64,000 nt of DNA from Christensenella sp. UBA7588. Its GTDB lineage: Bacteria > Bacillota > Clostridia > Christensenellales > CAG-917. The notes beneath the pieces are model-generated. The model worked only from the letters and a program-made list of their open reading frames with translations. It was not told the origin of the DNA and did no database searches. The translations under genes and the position numbers were made by a program. Where the stretch lies: NCBI GenBank assembly GCA_002478945.1, contig DLKM01000026.1, positions 348-64,347 of the forward strand, given 5' to 3'. Below are positions 18,650 to 26,290 of this stretch, in pieces; the stretch's first letter is position 1, and every line of letters starts with the position of its first letter.

Positions 18650-20014
18650 TCAACTTTTACAATATTTGTTGTTTGCGCTTTCCCAGTCATAATCAAGGTC
18701 TGTTGCGCTTGTGTAATAAGTGTAAGACATAGCATAGTTGCCCAATTCTCCAGATTTTGCCATTGAAATTATTTCTTCTCTGCTACAATATTCAGCAAAT
18801 GAAGAGAAATCATACCCGATGTATTGCGTTTTATGCTTGCTTTCATCGTAAGTCATTAATCTAACTTCGCTGAAATTTCCATTCTTATTATATATAATTT
18901 TTGAGGCGAAAAGTATCTTGTTGCCTTTGTCGTTTTCGCAACAATTAAAAATATAGATTGCCGATTCTTCATTATACGCATCTAATTTCAAAACGACTCT
19001 TACATCCCTGACACCATTAAAAAACTCAAGCAATTCTTTTGCATTGTTGTAATTTTTAGGAGTGTTAGCCCCTTCAAACGTTATAGCCATATAGTTCTTT
19101 TTGTATATTCCGCTAACATCTCTTGATATAATTTCAGCATCAACAATCAAATAGAAATTGTTCGATGTCTTTTTAATCGAATGAATTTTTCTCACATAGG
19201 AATTTGGATATTCTTTGGAATTTGCATAGTTTTCCGCATACCAATTCTTGACGATTTCAACTATCGTCCAATAGCTTTTTTCTTCTATTGCCTCATCTGC
19301 CTGTTGCTGTGCAAGTGCAATTTGTTCGTCGGTTGCTCCGTCCTCTTTTGTGGGAACAATCGGAATAATTATATCCTGCGGCTTTTTGTCGGGAACGTCG
19401 TTTTGTATTTCTTCTTTTATCTTTTCGCTTCTTGCGATTTCTTCTTGCGTAGGTGCGTTTTCCCCGCATCTAACACACTTTCCGTTTTCAAAAGAGTGAC
19501 CGAGACGAGAGACGGATTGTTTGGTCGAATACGAGCAGCCATCTCTCTTGCAAGCAACATAAGCCGTGTAACCGTCGTCAAGACAAGTAGGTTCTTGTGC
19601 TTGGTATGATTGCAAATCGTGTCCGTACTTTGCACACAAGTATTCGGCGGACGGAGTCGGTATTTCCGCGTCTGCGCTTCTTGCATACACAACCTCGTTG
19701 CCGTCGATATAAAGTTTCAAAGAACCTCTTATATGTCCGGACAACGTCAAGTCGCCGACAATACGGATATTCCCGTCCAAAACGTTATCGACGGTATACG
19801 TTCCGCAGTTTGCCTTATAATCTTGCCACGTTCCGTCGTCTTTCAAATAAAGCCATACGTCTTTATTTATATCGTCGCCGTCTTTGAGATAGAAAACGCC
19901 CTGATACGCACTATAATCTGCCTGTTGTGCTTTCGATTTGTCGCAAGAAACGAATAAAAGCATTGCGACCGACAAAACAATTAAAAACAATGCTATAGAT
20001 TTGAATAATCTCAT
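18650..20014 (-). CDS. Putative lipoprotein, unknown function; compositionally chimeric
   Basis: Signal peptide plus Cys (MRLFKSIALFLIVLSVAMLLFVSC). Start trimmed; GGGGAAA lies upstream. The 3' ~750 nt are visibly AT-rich. Confidence 0.6.
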   Translation of the reverse strand: MRLFKSIALFLIVLSVAMLLFVSCDKSKAQQADYSAYQGVFYLKDGDDINKDVWLYLKDDGTWQDYKANCGTYTVDNVLDGNIRIVGDLTLSGHIRGSLKLYIDGNEVVYARSADAEIPTPSAEYLCAKYGHDLQSYQAQEPTCLDDGYTAYVACKRDGCSYSTKQSVSRLGHSFENGKCVRCGENAPTQEEIARSEKIKEEIQNDVPDKKPQDIIIPIVPTKEDGATDEQIALAQQQADEAIEEKSYWTIVEIVKNWYAENYANSKEYPNSYVRKIHSIKKTSNNFYLIVDAEIISRDVSGIYKKNYMAITFEGANTPKNYNNAKELLEFFNGVRDVRVVLKLDAYNEESAIYIFNCCENDKGNKILFASKIIYNKNGNFSEVRLMTYDESKHKTQYIGYDFSSFAEYCSREEIISMAKSGELGNYAMSYTYYTSATDLDYDWESANNKYCKS

Positions 20015-20187
20015 AGTATTTCCCCATATACCTGCTGATACGTTCATTTTAGTTGAACGACGGAATTTTGTCAATACAACGGACACATACACAGCGAAAT
20101 GTAAAGATATGTAGGTCTAAAAATTCGGATATTTTATAAAAAACATATCAGAATTTCCGTGCGGCGGTATATTTTTTTTGTATTTTC

Positions 20188-20216
20188 TTGATAAAACTTT
20201 ATCTATATGATAAAAT
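20188..20216 (+). promoter_or_regulatory. Sigma-A-type promoter of the NifU-like/GGGtGRT operon
   Basis: TTGATA-17 nt-TAAAAT with a TG immediately upstream of the -10 element. RBS TGGAGG at 20248-20253. Confidence 0.6.
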
Positions 20217-20262
20217 ATCATCATAAAATCAATATAAACACTCTATATGGAGGCAATTATCT

Positions 20263-20964
20263 ATGCAATATTCAAGTGAAGTTGAAAACATGTGTTGCGT
20301 TGCTAAGGGTCCCAACCACGGTCCCGCACCTATCCCCGAAGAAGGCAAATGGGTGCAAGCAAGAGAAATCAAGGACATCAGCGGTCTTACCCACGGTGTC
20401 GGCTGGTGCGCTCCTCAACAAGGCGCGTGCAAACTTACGCTCAACGTTAAAGACGGCGTTATCCAAGAGGCTCTTGTGGAAACCATCGGTTGCTCAGGTA
20501 TGACTCACTCTGCGGCTATGGCAGCGGAAATTCTTACCGGTAAGACCATTCTCGAAGCACTCAACACCGACCTCGTATGCGATGCTATCAACACCGCTAT
20601 GCGTGAACTTTTCTTGCAAATCGTATATGGCAGAACGCAATCCGCATTCTCCGAAGGCGGTCTAGTTATCGGCGCAGGTCTCGAGGACCTCGGCAAAGGT
20701 CATCGCAGCCAAATCGGCACGATGTACTCCACCGTTTCCAAAGGCCCCCGTTATCTCGAAATGGCTGAAGGATACGTCACCAAAGTCGCTCTCGACGCAA
20801 ACAACGAGATTATCGGTTATCAATTCTGCAAGCTCGGCGTTTTGATGGATATGATTAAAAAAGGCGTCGACGCAAACGAAGCAGTGGCAAAATGCACAGG
20901 CACTTACGGCAGATACAAAGCCGAAGACGGTGCTGTCAAGTGGATTGACCCGCGTCAAGAATAA
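20263..20964 (+). CDS. NifU/IscU-like domain protein, partner of the GGGtGRT protein
   Basis: ETIGCSGMTHSAAMAAEILTGKTILEAL resembles the IscU scaffold region. Forms a tight operon with the next gene. Confidence 0.65.
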   Translation: MQYSSEVENMCCVAKGPNHGPAPIPEEGKWVQAREIKDISGLTHGVGWCAPQQGACKLTLNVKDGVIQEALVETIGCSGMTHSAAMAAEILTGKTILEALNTDLVCDAINTAMRELFLQIVYGRTQSAFSEGGLVIGAGLEDLGKGHRSQIGTMYSTVSKGPRYLEMAEGYVTKVALDANNEIIGYQFCKLGVLMDMIKKGVDANEAVAKCTGTYGRYKAEDGAVKWIDPRQE

Positions 20965-20979
20965 TCGGAGGACGAAACA

Positions 20980-21984
20980 ATGAGTGTAACATTTGAAGGT
21001 TATGAAAGAAGAATAGACAAAATCAACGGCGTTCTTGCTCAATACGGCATCAAGGACCTCGAAGAAGCAAGAGACCTCTGCCTCTCCAAAGGCGTTGATT
21101 GCAACGCAATCGTCAAAGGCATTCAACCTATCTGCTTTGAAAACGCAGTTTGGGCATACACCGTCGGATGCGCAATCGCAATCAAGAAAAATTGCGTAAA
21201 CGCGGCAGACGCGGCAGAAGCTATCGGCGAAGGTTTGCAATCGTTCTGCATCCCCGGCTCCGTTGCAGAGCAACGTAAAGTCGGTCTCGGACACGGCAAC
21301 CTCGCGGCAATGCTCCTCAGAGAAAGCACCAAGTGCTTCGCTTTCCTCGCAGGTCACGAATCGTTTGCGGCGGCAGAAGGCGCAATCGGCATTGCAAGAA
21401 CTGCAAACAAAGTCAGAAAAACTCCGCTCAAAGTCATCCTCAACGGTCTCGGCAAAGACGCGGCATTTATCATCTCTCGTATCAACGGCTTCACTTACGT
21501 CCAAACCAAAATGGACTACTTCAGCGGCGAAGTGAAAGTTGTCAAAGAGACTCCCTACTCCAACGGCGAGCGCGCGGCAGTCAGAGTGTACGGCGCAGAC
21601 GACGTAACCGAAGGCGTTGCGATTATGCGTCTCGAGGACGTTGACGTTTCTATCACGGGCAACTCCACCAACCCCACTCGTTTCCAACACCCCGTCGCAG
21701 GCACTTACAAGAAATGGTGCGTTGACAACGGCAAAAAATACTTCTCCGTTGCGTCAGGTGGCGGCACGGGTCGTACTCTCCACCCCGATAATATGGCGGC
21801 AGGTCCTGCGTCCTACGGTATGACCGACACGATGGGTAGAATGCACTCCGACGCACAATTTGCAGGTTCTTCATCCGTTCCCGCACACGTCGAAATGATG
21901 GGCTTAATCGGTATGGGCAACAACCCGATGGTCGGTGCAAGCGTTGCTTGCGCAGTCGCAGTACAAGAAGGTTTGACAAAGTAA
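20980..21984 (+). CDS. GGGtGRT family protein (function unknown)
   Basis: Contains the eponymous ASGGGTGRTLHP motif. Confidence 0.75.
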   Translation: MSVTFEGYERRIDKINGVLAQYGIKDLEEARDLCLSKGVDCNAIVKGIQPICFENAVWAYTVGCAIAIKKNCVNAADAAEAIGEGLQSFCIPGSVAEQRKVGLGHGNLAAMLLRESTKCFAFLAGHESFAAAEGAIGIARTANKVRKTPLKVILNGLGKDAAFIISRINGFTYVQTKMDYFSGEVKVVKETPYSNGERAAVRVYGADDVTEGVAIMRLEDVDVSITGNSTNPTRFQHPVAGTYKKWCVDNGKKYFSVASGGGTGRTLHPDNMAAGPASYGMTDTMGRMHSDAQFAGSSSVPAHVEMMGLIGMGNNPMVGASVACAVAVQEGLTK

Positions 21985-22333
21985 GTTGTGCGCAAAGCAA
22001 CGATTGATTGTTTGCGTAGCAAATAGCACCAGTAACACAAAAGGCACTCAACAGAGTGCCTTTTCTGGTGCAGAATAATCGGTCGCTTGTGCAGTAGCAG
22101 TACAAGAAGGTCTCACGAAGTAATCGTTTGCACAAGCGAACGAAAAATCTTTGCGTAAGCAAAGTAGAACCAAAACACAAAAGCACCTGAAAAGGTGCTT
22201 TTTGGGTTCTATAAATTGCGTTGCTTGCGCAGTCGCTGTTCAAGAAGGTTTGACGAAGTAAGAAAAACCTACTAAATAGTAGCATTTTGAAGAATATAGC
22301 ACCTATCCAAAAATTGCGATAGGTGCTATTTTT
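21943..22333 (+). repeat. Tandem array (period ~137-140 bp) of the last 13 codons plus stop of the GGGtGRT gene, each copy followed by its own terminator
   Basis: The 42-nt copies lie at 21943-21984 (in the gene), 22082-22123 and 22220-22261. All translate to VACAVAVQEGLTK-stop. Terminator hairpins lie at 22043-22066, 22182-22203 and 22297-22333. Confidence 0.9.
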
Positions 22334-22480
22334 ATATCTAAGAGTGTTCCGTTTGGGAAAGAAATGTAAACAATGTTTACCGTTTGTTTACCGAATTTTA
22401 AAAACGCAAAAACCCACCGTTGGATGGGGTTTCGCTATATTCAACTTCTTATTATCTTTTTTATTTGTAACATTTTAAGA

Positions 22481-22891
22481 CTACATATCTAAAACTAAAT
22501 TTTTAGTCAATTCTATAGCGTTATATATTGGCAATTGAATAGTTGACATGCCCGGTTGAGTCGTAACCAATGATATTTGACTACGCAAATATGGCAACAT
22601 TATAGCAACAGTATTTGTCTTGAGCATTGACAACTGAATCTCCTTATCTAAAATTTCAGCGTTGACAAGCTCAAAATCAGCTTGTTCACACGCCGTAACA
22701 TTCAGATCTCCTTGCCCCTTTATGGTTAGCATTATAACTACTCTTACAGATTTTTCCGTAAGTTTTCTATATTTAATATCAAAACTAGCATCAGCCTCAA
22801 TCTTTCCTATATAATCTACATTTCTTGAGATACACATACTAGGAAAGCATAAATTATACATCTTAAGTAATCCTTGTATGTTAGTTTCCAT
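22481..22891 (-). CDS. SecB-like chaperone (TAC system chaperone)
   Basis: VRVVIMLTIKG...ACEQADFEL...AIMLPYLRSQISLVTTQPGMSTIQLPIYNA parallels E. coli SecB VVLRVTVTA...LCEVQQGGIF...[41 protein letters not shown] lies 12 nt after the higA stop. Confidence 0.7.
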   Translation of the reverse strand: METNIQGLLKMYNLCFPSMCISRNVDYIGKIEADASFDIKYRKLTEKSVRVVIMLTIKGQGDLNVTACEQADFELVNAEILDKEIQLSMLKTNTVAIMLPYLRSQISLVTTQPGMSTIQLPIYNAIELTKNLVLDM

Positions 22892-22903
22892 AATACACCT
22901 CTT

Positions 22904-23272
22904 TTAAGCAGCATATACCGCTGAGTTAATAATTATCTTTTTCCCTACTGACAAATCTTCAACTGGCATAAACAGTTCGGTATTCTGTTTGTTTTCAGAT
23001 ATCTCGAATCTGCTTTTGTATGATTCTTCTTTTCCAAGTTGGAATAACTCATATTTTTTTTGTTGATACAGCAAACTATCAGCCGGATATCCTGTTGCCT
23101 TTTCAAAAGCAGCTGCCATCAATGTTGTGACGCTTCTCTTTCCTGCTAGCATACTACTAATTACAGTTTTATTTACATTCATCTCTTTTGCAAGCCATTT
23201 TTGAGATTTGTTAATTGACATTAAAACTGTTCGCATTATGCTTCCAGGATGAACGCAATAATCTTTTTCCAT
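22904..23272 (-). CDS. higA: HigA-type XRE-HTH antitoxin with a C-terminal extension (candidate chaperone-addiction segment)
   Basis: HPGSIMRTVLMSINKSQKWLAKEMNVNKTVISSMLAGKRSVTTLMAAAFEKATG is a HigA-like HTH. It is followed by a ~45-aa tail. Start at MEKDY, preceded by AAAGGAG. Confidence 0.75.
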   Translation of the reverse strand: MEKDYCVHPGSIMRTVLMSINKSQKWLAKEMNVNKTVISSMLAGKRSVTTLMAAAFEKATGYPADSLLYQQKKYELFQLGKEESYKSRFEISENKQNTELFMPVEDLSVGKKIIINSAVYAA

Positions 23273-23331
23273 ATTCATATCTCCTTTTATATTTAAAGCA
23301 ATACATCTATAACATAATATGATATGTATTG

Positions 23332-23652
23332 TCATAATCTATACTTATGTTTGTCTATTTTTATTATCTCAATTTCAATCCCTTGATTACAACGTTTTAG
23401 ATAAAGCCTATAAAGACTTTTTTTCTTTTTAGGAATAATCCTTAGTGAATACTTGTCAATTGTCCCTTGAACCTTTTCATAGTTATACCCATGGAAATTT
23501 CTCATTAGATCAATATTGTTAATTGATTCTAGCATAGAAATTAAGACTTTTAAACACATCACCAATTCTTTATTATGGTTAAAAAACTTGTTCATTTCTT
23601 TCTCGCTTGAACAAAGTTTTTCTATTTCATTATTGGCATATGTAATTATCAT
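23332..23652 (-). CDS. higB: HigB-like (plasmid-maintenance killer / RelE-fold) toxin
   Basis: Toxin-first gene order. Pattern ...DLMRNFHGYNYEKVQG..DKYSLRI....RLYLKR......IEIIKIDKHKY matches the HigB family layout. Start trimmed to MIITYANNE. Confidence 0.65.
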   Translation of the reverse strand: MIITYANNEIEKLCSSEKEMNKFFNHNKELVMCLKVLISMLESINNIDLMRNFHGYNYEKVQGTIDKYSLRIIPKKKKSLYRLYLKRCNQGIEIEIIKIDKHKYRL

Positions 23653-23678
23653 AGATCCTATACTTCCCCAAAACAATG

Positions 23679-23733
23679 GTTAACAATTTTTGTTAACTAA
23701 GGATATTATATATAAGGAAAACTTATATTTCAA
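23679..23733 (-). promoter_or_regulatory. TAC promoter with an operator-like inverted repeat
   Basis: Minus strand reads TTGAAA-17 nt-TATAAT (23733-23705). An 8-3-8 inverted repeat GTTAACAA-AAA-TTGTTAAC (23679-23697) lies just downstream of the -10 element. Confidence 0.65.
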
Positions 23734-23871
23734 GCATTTTAACGAACTTTTTTAAGTTTTTAATAAATCGCACTTTATTGTCACCAACAATACTCTTAGA
23801 AAACAGAGCTTACAATATTTAACCTCCACAAGAATTAAAAATTTCCAAGAGATAACAAATATATTAAATAA

Positions 23872-23970
23872 AGTATTTTGATATTGCTAGATATCAATTT
23901 TGGAATTACTGCAATGTTGCTTGCAGCTGTAACAATTCAAAAAAGACTTATAAGGCAAGTTAAACTTTAA
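23872..23970 (+). pseudogene. Possible relic 3' end of a divergent, AT-rich GGGtGRT-family gene
   Basis: Translates to ...NFGITAMLLAAVTIQKRLIRQVKL-stop, compared with the host gene end NPMVGASVACAVAVQEGLTK-stop. Shares TTGCTTGC at the nucleotide level. Similarity is weak. Confidence 0.35.
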
Positions 23971-24053
23971 AACAATCCCGTTTCGCCACTTTTATTTGCG
24001 TTATAGAGTTTTAAATTTATAATGTCTTAATTATTAATTTCAGTAAAAAACTT

Positions 24054-24659
24054 TTAGCACCCTAAAACTTGGTTTACAATCACCACCTCATACGGGCAAT
24101 TTGTGGGTTTGCGCCAAAGGACGACGAGACCTTTGCAAATGCGTTCGGGGCTGTTGCAATTATAGCATCTGTCGGCGTTTACGGCGCACGGCGTGTTTTT
24201 ATGAAGGCGTTTTGCATTCTTGGGTGCGGCAACGTTTCTTGCACGCCACAATGCGCTGTCGAAGTCGGGCGCAATCTTGTTGTTGCCGACGATAATATAC
24301 ACTTTCTCGTGTCCGTACAATTCCCCTGCCACTCTGTTGCAGTTGCCGTCGATATTGATAATCTCGCCCGTTTCGGCAATGCCGTTTGCACTTGTCAAAA
24401 AAACGTCGGCGGTAAGCGACTCTTTCATAACTTCGGTCGGAGTTTTTCCGTCGGGATTGTCAAACCTATATAGGACCTTGTTGTGCGATTCGAGCATTTT
24501 GAGTATTCCCGTCTCGTCAAGCGTCACGGAGCCGCCGAATCCGACGCTTTTGCCGTCTATTGCGCCGTTAAGATAGTCGTTTGCCTCTTGCACGGTATCG
24601 AATACGGACACCGTAAAGCCGTTTTTCTCGAGATTTGCTTTTATATTTGAATAGTCCAT
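24054..24659 (-). CDS. LUD-domain (LutC/YkgG-like) protein
   Basis: 201 aa; ...FGGSVTL...FLTSANGIAETGEIINIDGNCNRV... and a C-terminal Cys cluster CYNCNSPERIC. Confidence 0.7.
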   Translation of the reverse strand: MDYSNIKANLEKNGFTVSVFDTVQEANDYLNGAIDGKSVGFGGSVTLDETGILKMLESHNKVLYRFDNPDGKTPTEVMKESLTADVFLTSANGIAETGEIINIDGNCNRVAGELYGHEKVYIIVGNNKIAPDFDSALWRARNVAAPKNAKRLHKNTPCAVNADRCYNCNSPERICKGLVVLWRKPTNCPYEVVIVNQVLGC

Positions 24660-24734
24660 TCATACCCTCGCATTTTTACTTATAGTAAAGGCGCAAAATA
24701 CATTGCGCCTTAAAAATATCGTTTTTATTTACGA

Positions 24735-26102
24735 TTATTGTTCGCGAACAATATCGGTTTGAGCGAAATTCTTGATTTCTTTCATATGTGCGTTTGCTTC
24801 TTCAAACGTGTTTTGCGGAGAGCCTTTATGCACGTAAGTCTTGCGCTTAAGCACGAAGAAGAATTTGCCGTCAGCCGCTTCAATCGTGTAAGTACCGATA
24901 ATGGCGTGAGATTTGAAACGATTGATTGCTCTTTCGCAGAACTCTTTCGTCGTGTAGTTGGAACTCTCGTAAATATTGTTTCCGCTGGCGTCGTAGAGAG
25001 TATAGAAATACTCTTGAGAGCCGTCGGGCTTATCGACGTGTTCTATAACGTATTTACCGTAAATGACGGACTCGTCAAAGCCTGCGACCTTTTCGGGAGT
25101 TTTACGAACGTTCTTGGGCGTTTTGAGTGCCGCAAACGGAGGCGCGACTTTCTTGATGACGACCTTTTTATCCTTGTTTGCATTGAGGGCTTCGAGTTCT
25201 GCCTCTTTTGCCGCAAGTTTCTTTGCGAGAGCGGCAGACGGAGTGCCTTCGTAGTAGCAAGCGTCCTCGGGGTCGTAATAATAACCCTCATAGGTGCCGT
25301 CATACTTGGACCAATCGTCGGGTTTCTTCTTGACGACCTTCTTCGTAGTCGGCTTCTCAACGCCTTTCTTTACAGGAACTTCTTCCTTGACAGGTTCGGG
25401 TTCGACTACGGGTTCTTCCTTGACAGGTTCCTCTTTAACGGGAGCAGGTTCTTCTTTTTCGGCTACGGGTTCAGCCTCTTGAACGGGCGCAACCTCTTGA
25501 ACGGGTTCTGCAACTGGTTCTGCAGGGACAACGGGTTCTGCGGGAGCGGGTGTTTCGACAGCCTCGACAGGTGCAGGTTCTTGTACGGGAGCAGGTTTTT
25601 CTTTAACTTCCTCTTTCACAGGCTCTGCAACGGGTTCCGCAACGGGTTCCGCAGGAGCGACGGTTTCCGCTACGGGTTCCGCCACGGTTTCTTCTTTAAC
25701 CTCGTCGGCGGCAACTTGCTCTTGAACTTGTTCTTGCGCTTGTGCCTCCTCTGCGACAGGTTCGTCCTGCACTACGGGTTCCTCTCTCTGCTCTTGAACG
25801 GGTTGTTCGTCAACGTCGGGAACTACGGGAACGTCGTCGACGTCGTCAACGTCGTTACCTTTCAGTTTATTGCGCAATCTCGCAAGTTTCTGATTGAGGC
25901 GCAATTCCTCGCCCGTAACGCCGTATTCGGAATAAAACTCGTTTTCCTCTTTGTCCTCTTGAGCGTCTTTCTTTTCTTTGACCGCTTTCAAAATATTGAA
26001 AATGAGAACGGCAATAAGCGCCGCCGCTGCCAATGCGAGAGCAATGATAATCACGAGTGCGCTAAAACCATCGATAGGACCGAGTTTGAGGTTATCTAAC
26101 AT
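24735..26102 (-). CDS. Membrane-anchored protein with an E/P/V/A-rich spacer and a C-terminal tandem YegP (DUF1508)-like domain
   Basis: N-terminal TM helix (FSALVIIIALALAAAALIAVLIF). Repeats of the EPVAEPVAEPV type. C-terminus YGKYVIEHVDKPDGSQEYFYTLYDASGNNIYESSNYTTKEFCERAI...DGKFFFVLKRK resembles YegP repeats. Confidence 0.65.
   Translation of the reverse strand: MLDNLKLGPIDGFSALVIIIALALAAAALIAVLIFNILKAVKEKKDAQEDKEENEFYSEYGVTGEELRLNQKLARLRNKLKGNDVDDVDDVPVVPDVDEQPVQEQREEPVVQDEPVAEEAQAQEQVQEQVAADEVKEETVAEPVAETVAPAEPVAEPVAEPVKEEVKEKPAPVQEPAPVEAVETPAPAEPVVPAEPVAEPVQEVAPVQEAEPVAEKEEPAPVKEEPVKEEPVVEPEPVKEEVPVKKGVEKPTTKKVVKKKPDDWSKYDGTYEGYYYDPEDACYYEGTPSAALAKKLAAKEAELEALNANKDKKVVIKKVAPPFAALKTPKNVRKTPEKVAGFDESVIYGKYVIEHVDKPDGSQEYFYTLYDASGNNIYESSNYTTKEFCERAINRFKSHAIIGTYTIEAADGKFFFVLKRKTYVHKGSPQNTFEEANAHMKEIKNFAQTDIVREQ
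25385..25820 (-). repeat. Low-complexity coding repeat (P/E/V/A-rich) inside the YegP-like gene
   Basis: Reiterated GAACC/GGTTC-rich short units. They also create a full-length antisense shadow ORF. Confidence 0.8.
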
Positions 26103-26140
26103 ATACTTCCACCCCTTATGAGAGTATTATAAACAAAGAT

Positions 26141-26169
26141 ATATTAACACACAACGCGCGCAAGTGCAA
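26141..26169 (-). promoter_or_regulatory. Sigma-A-type promoter for the YegP-like gene
   Basis: Minus strand reads TTGCAC-17 nt-TAATAT with TGT directly upstream of the -10 element. Confidence 0.5.
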
Positions 26170-26290
26170 TACATTTTTGTTTTTTTTCGGCAACAAGCGT
26201 TTTTATGTCGCCGAAAAATGCAGAAAACACGTCTTTAGCGACGCGATTTTCCCGTCTAATCATTAGTTTATGTATTTTTTTGCGATAATA

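Larger units (their letters stand above)
22262..24050. mobile_element. AT-rich accessory islet carrying a TAC operon; no integrase or transposase present
   Basis: Abrupt drop in G+C, visible by eye, relative to both flanks. Bounded on the left by the 3'-end repeat array and on the right by an AT-rich 3'-end-like fragment. Confidence 0.55.

Noticed and set aside
20662-21690. A 342-aa minus-strand ORF antisense to the NifU-like and GGGtGRT genes.
   Set aside because: It bridges two well-supported plus-strand genes and their spacer, and has no motifs or RBS. I treat it as a shadow ORF.
21943-22333. A regularly spaced repeat, considered as a mini-CRISPR array.
   Set aside because: There are only three units. 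The period is about 140 bp. The repeated part is the coding 3' end of the adjacent gene and each spacer contains a terminator. No cas genes are present.
24738-26099. A 453-aa plus-strand ORF spanning the whole YegP-like gene.
   Set aside because: It is a shadow ORF created by the GC-balanced P/E/V/A repeat codons on the opposite strand. It has no RBS or motif and its composition is nonsensical (F/L/R/N-rich). The minus-strand frame has a TM anchor, a recognisable C-terminal domain, an RBS and a promoter.
26190-26240. A hairpin TTCGGCAAC...GTCGCCGAA downstream of comEC, considered as a terminator.
   Set aside because: The T-runs and A-runs are on the wrong sides for either strand, so I did not call it.
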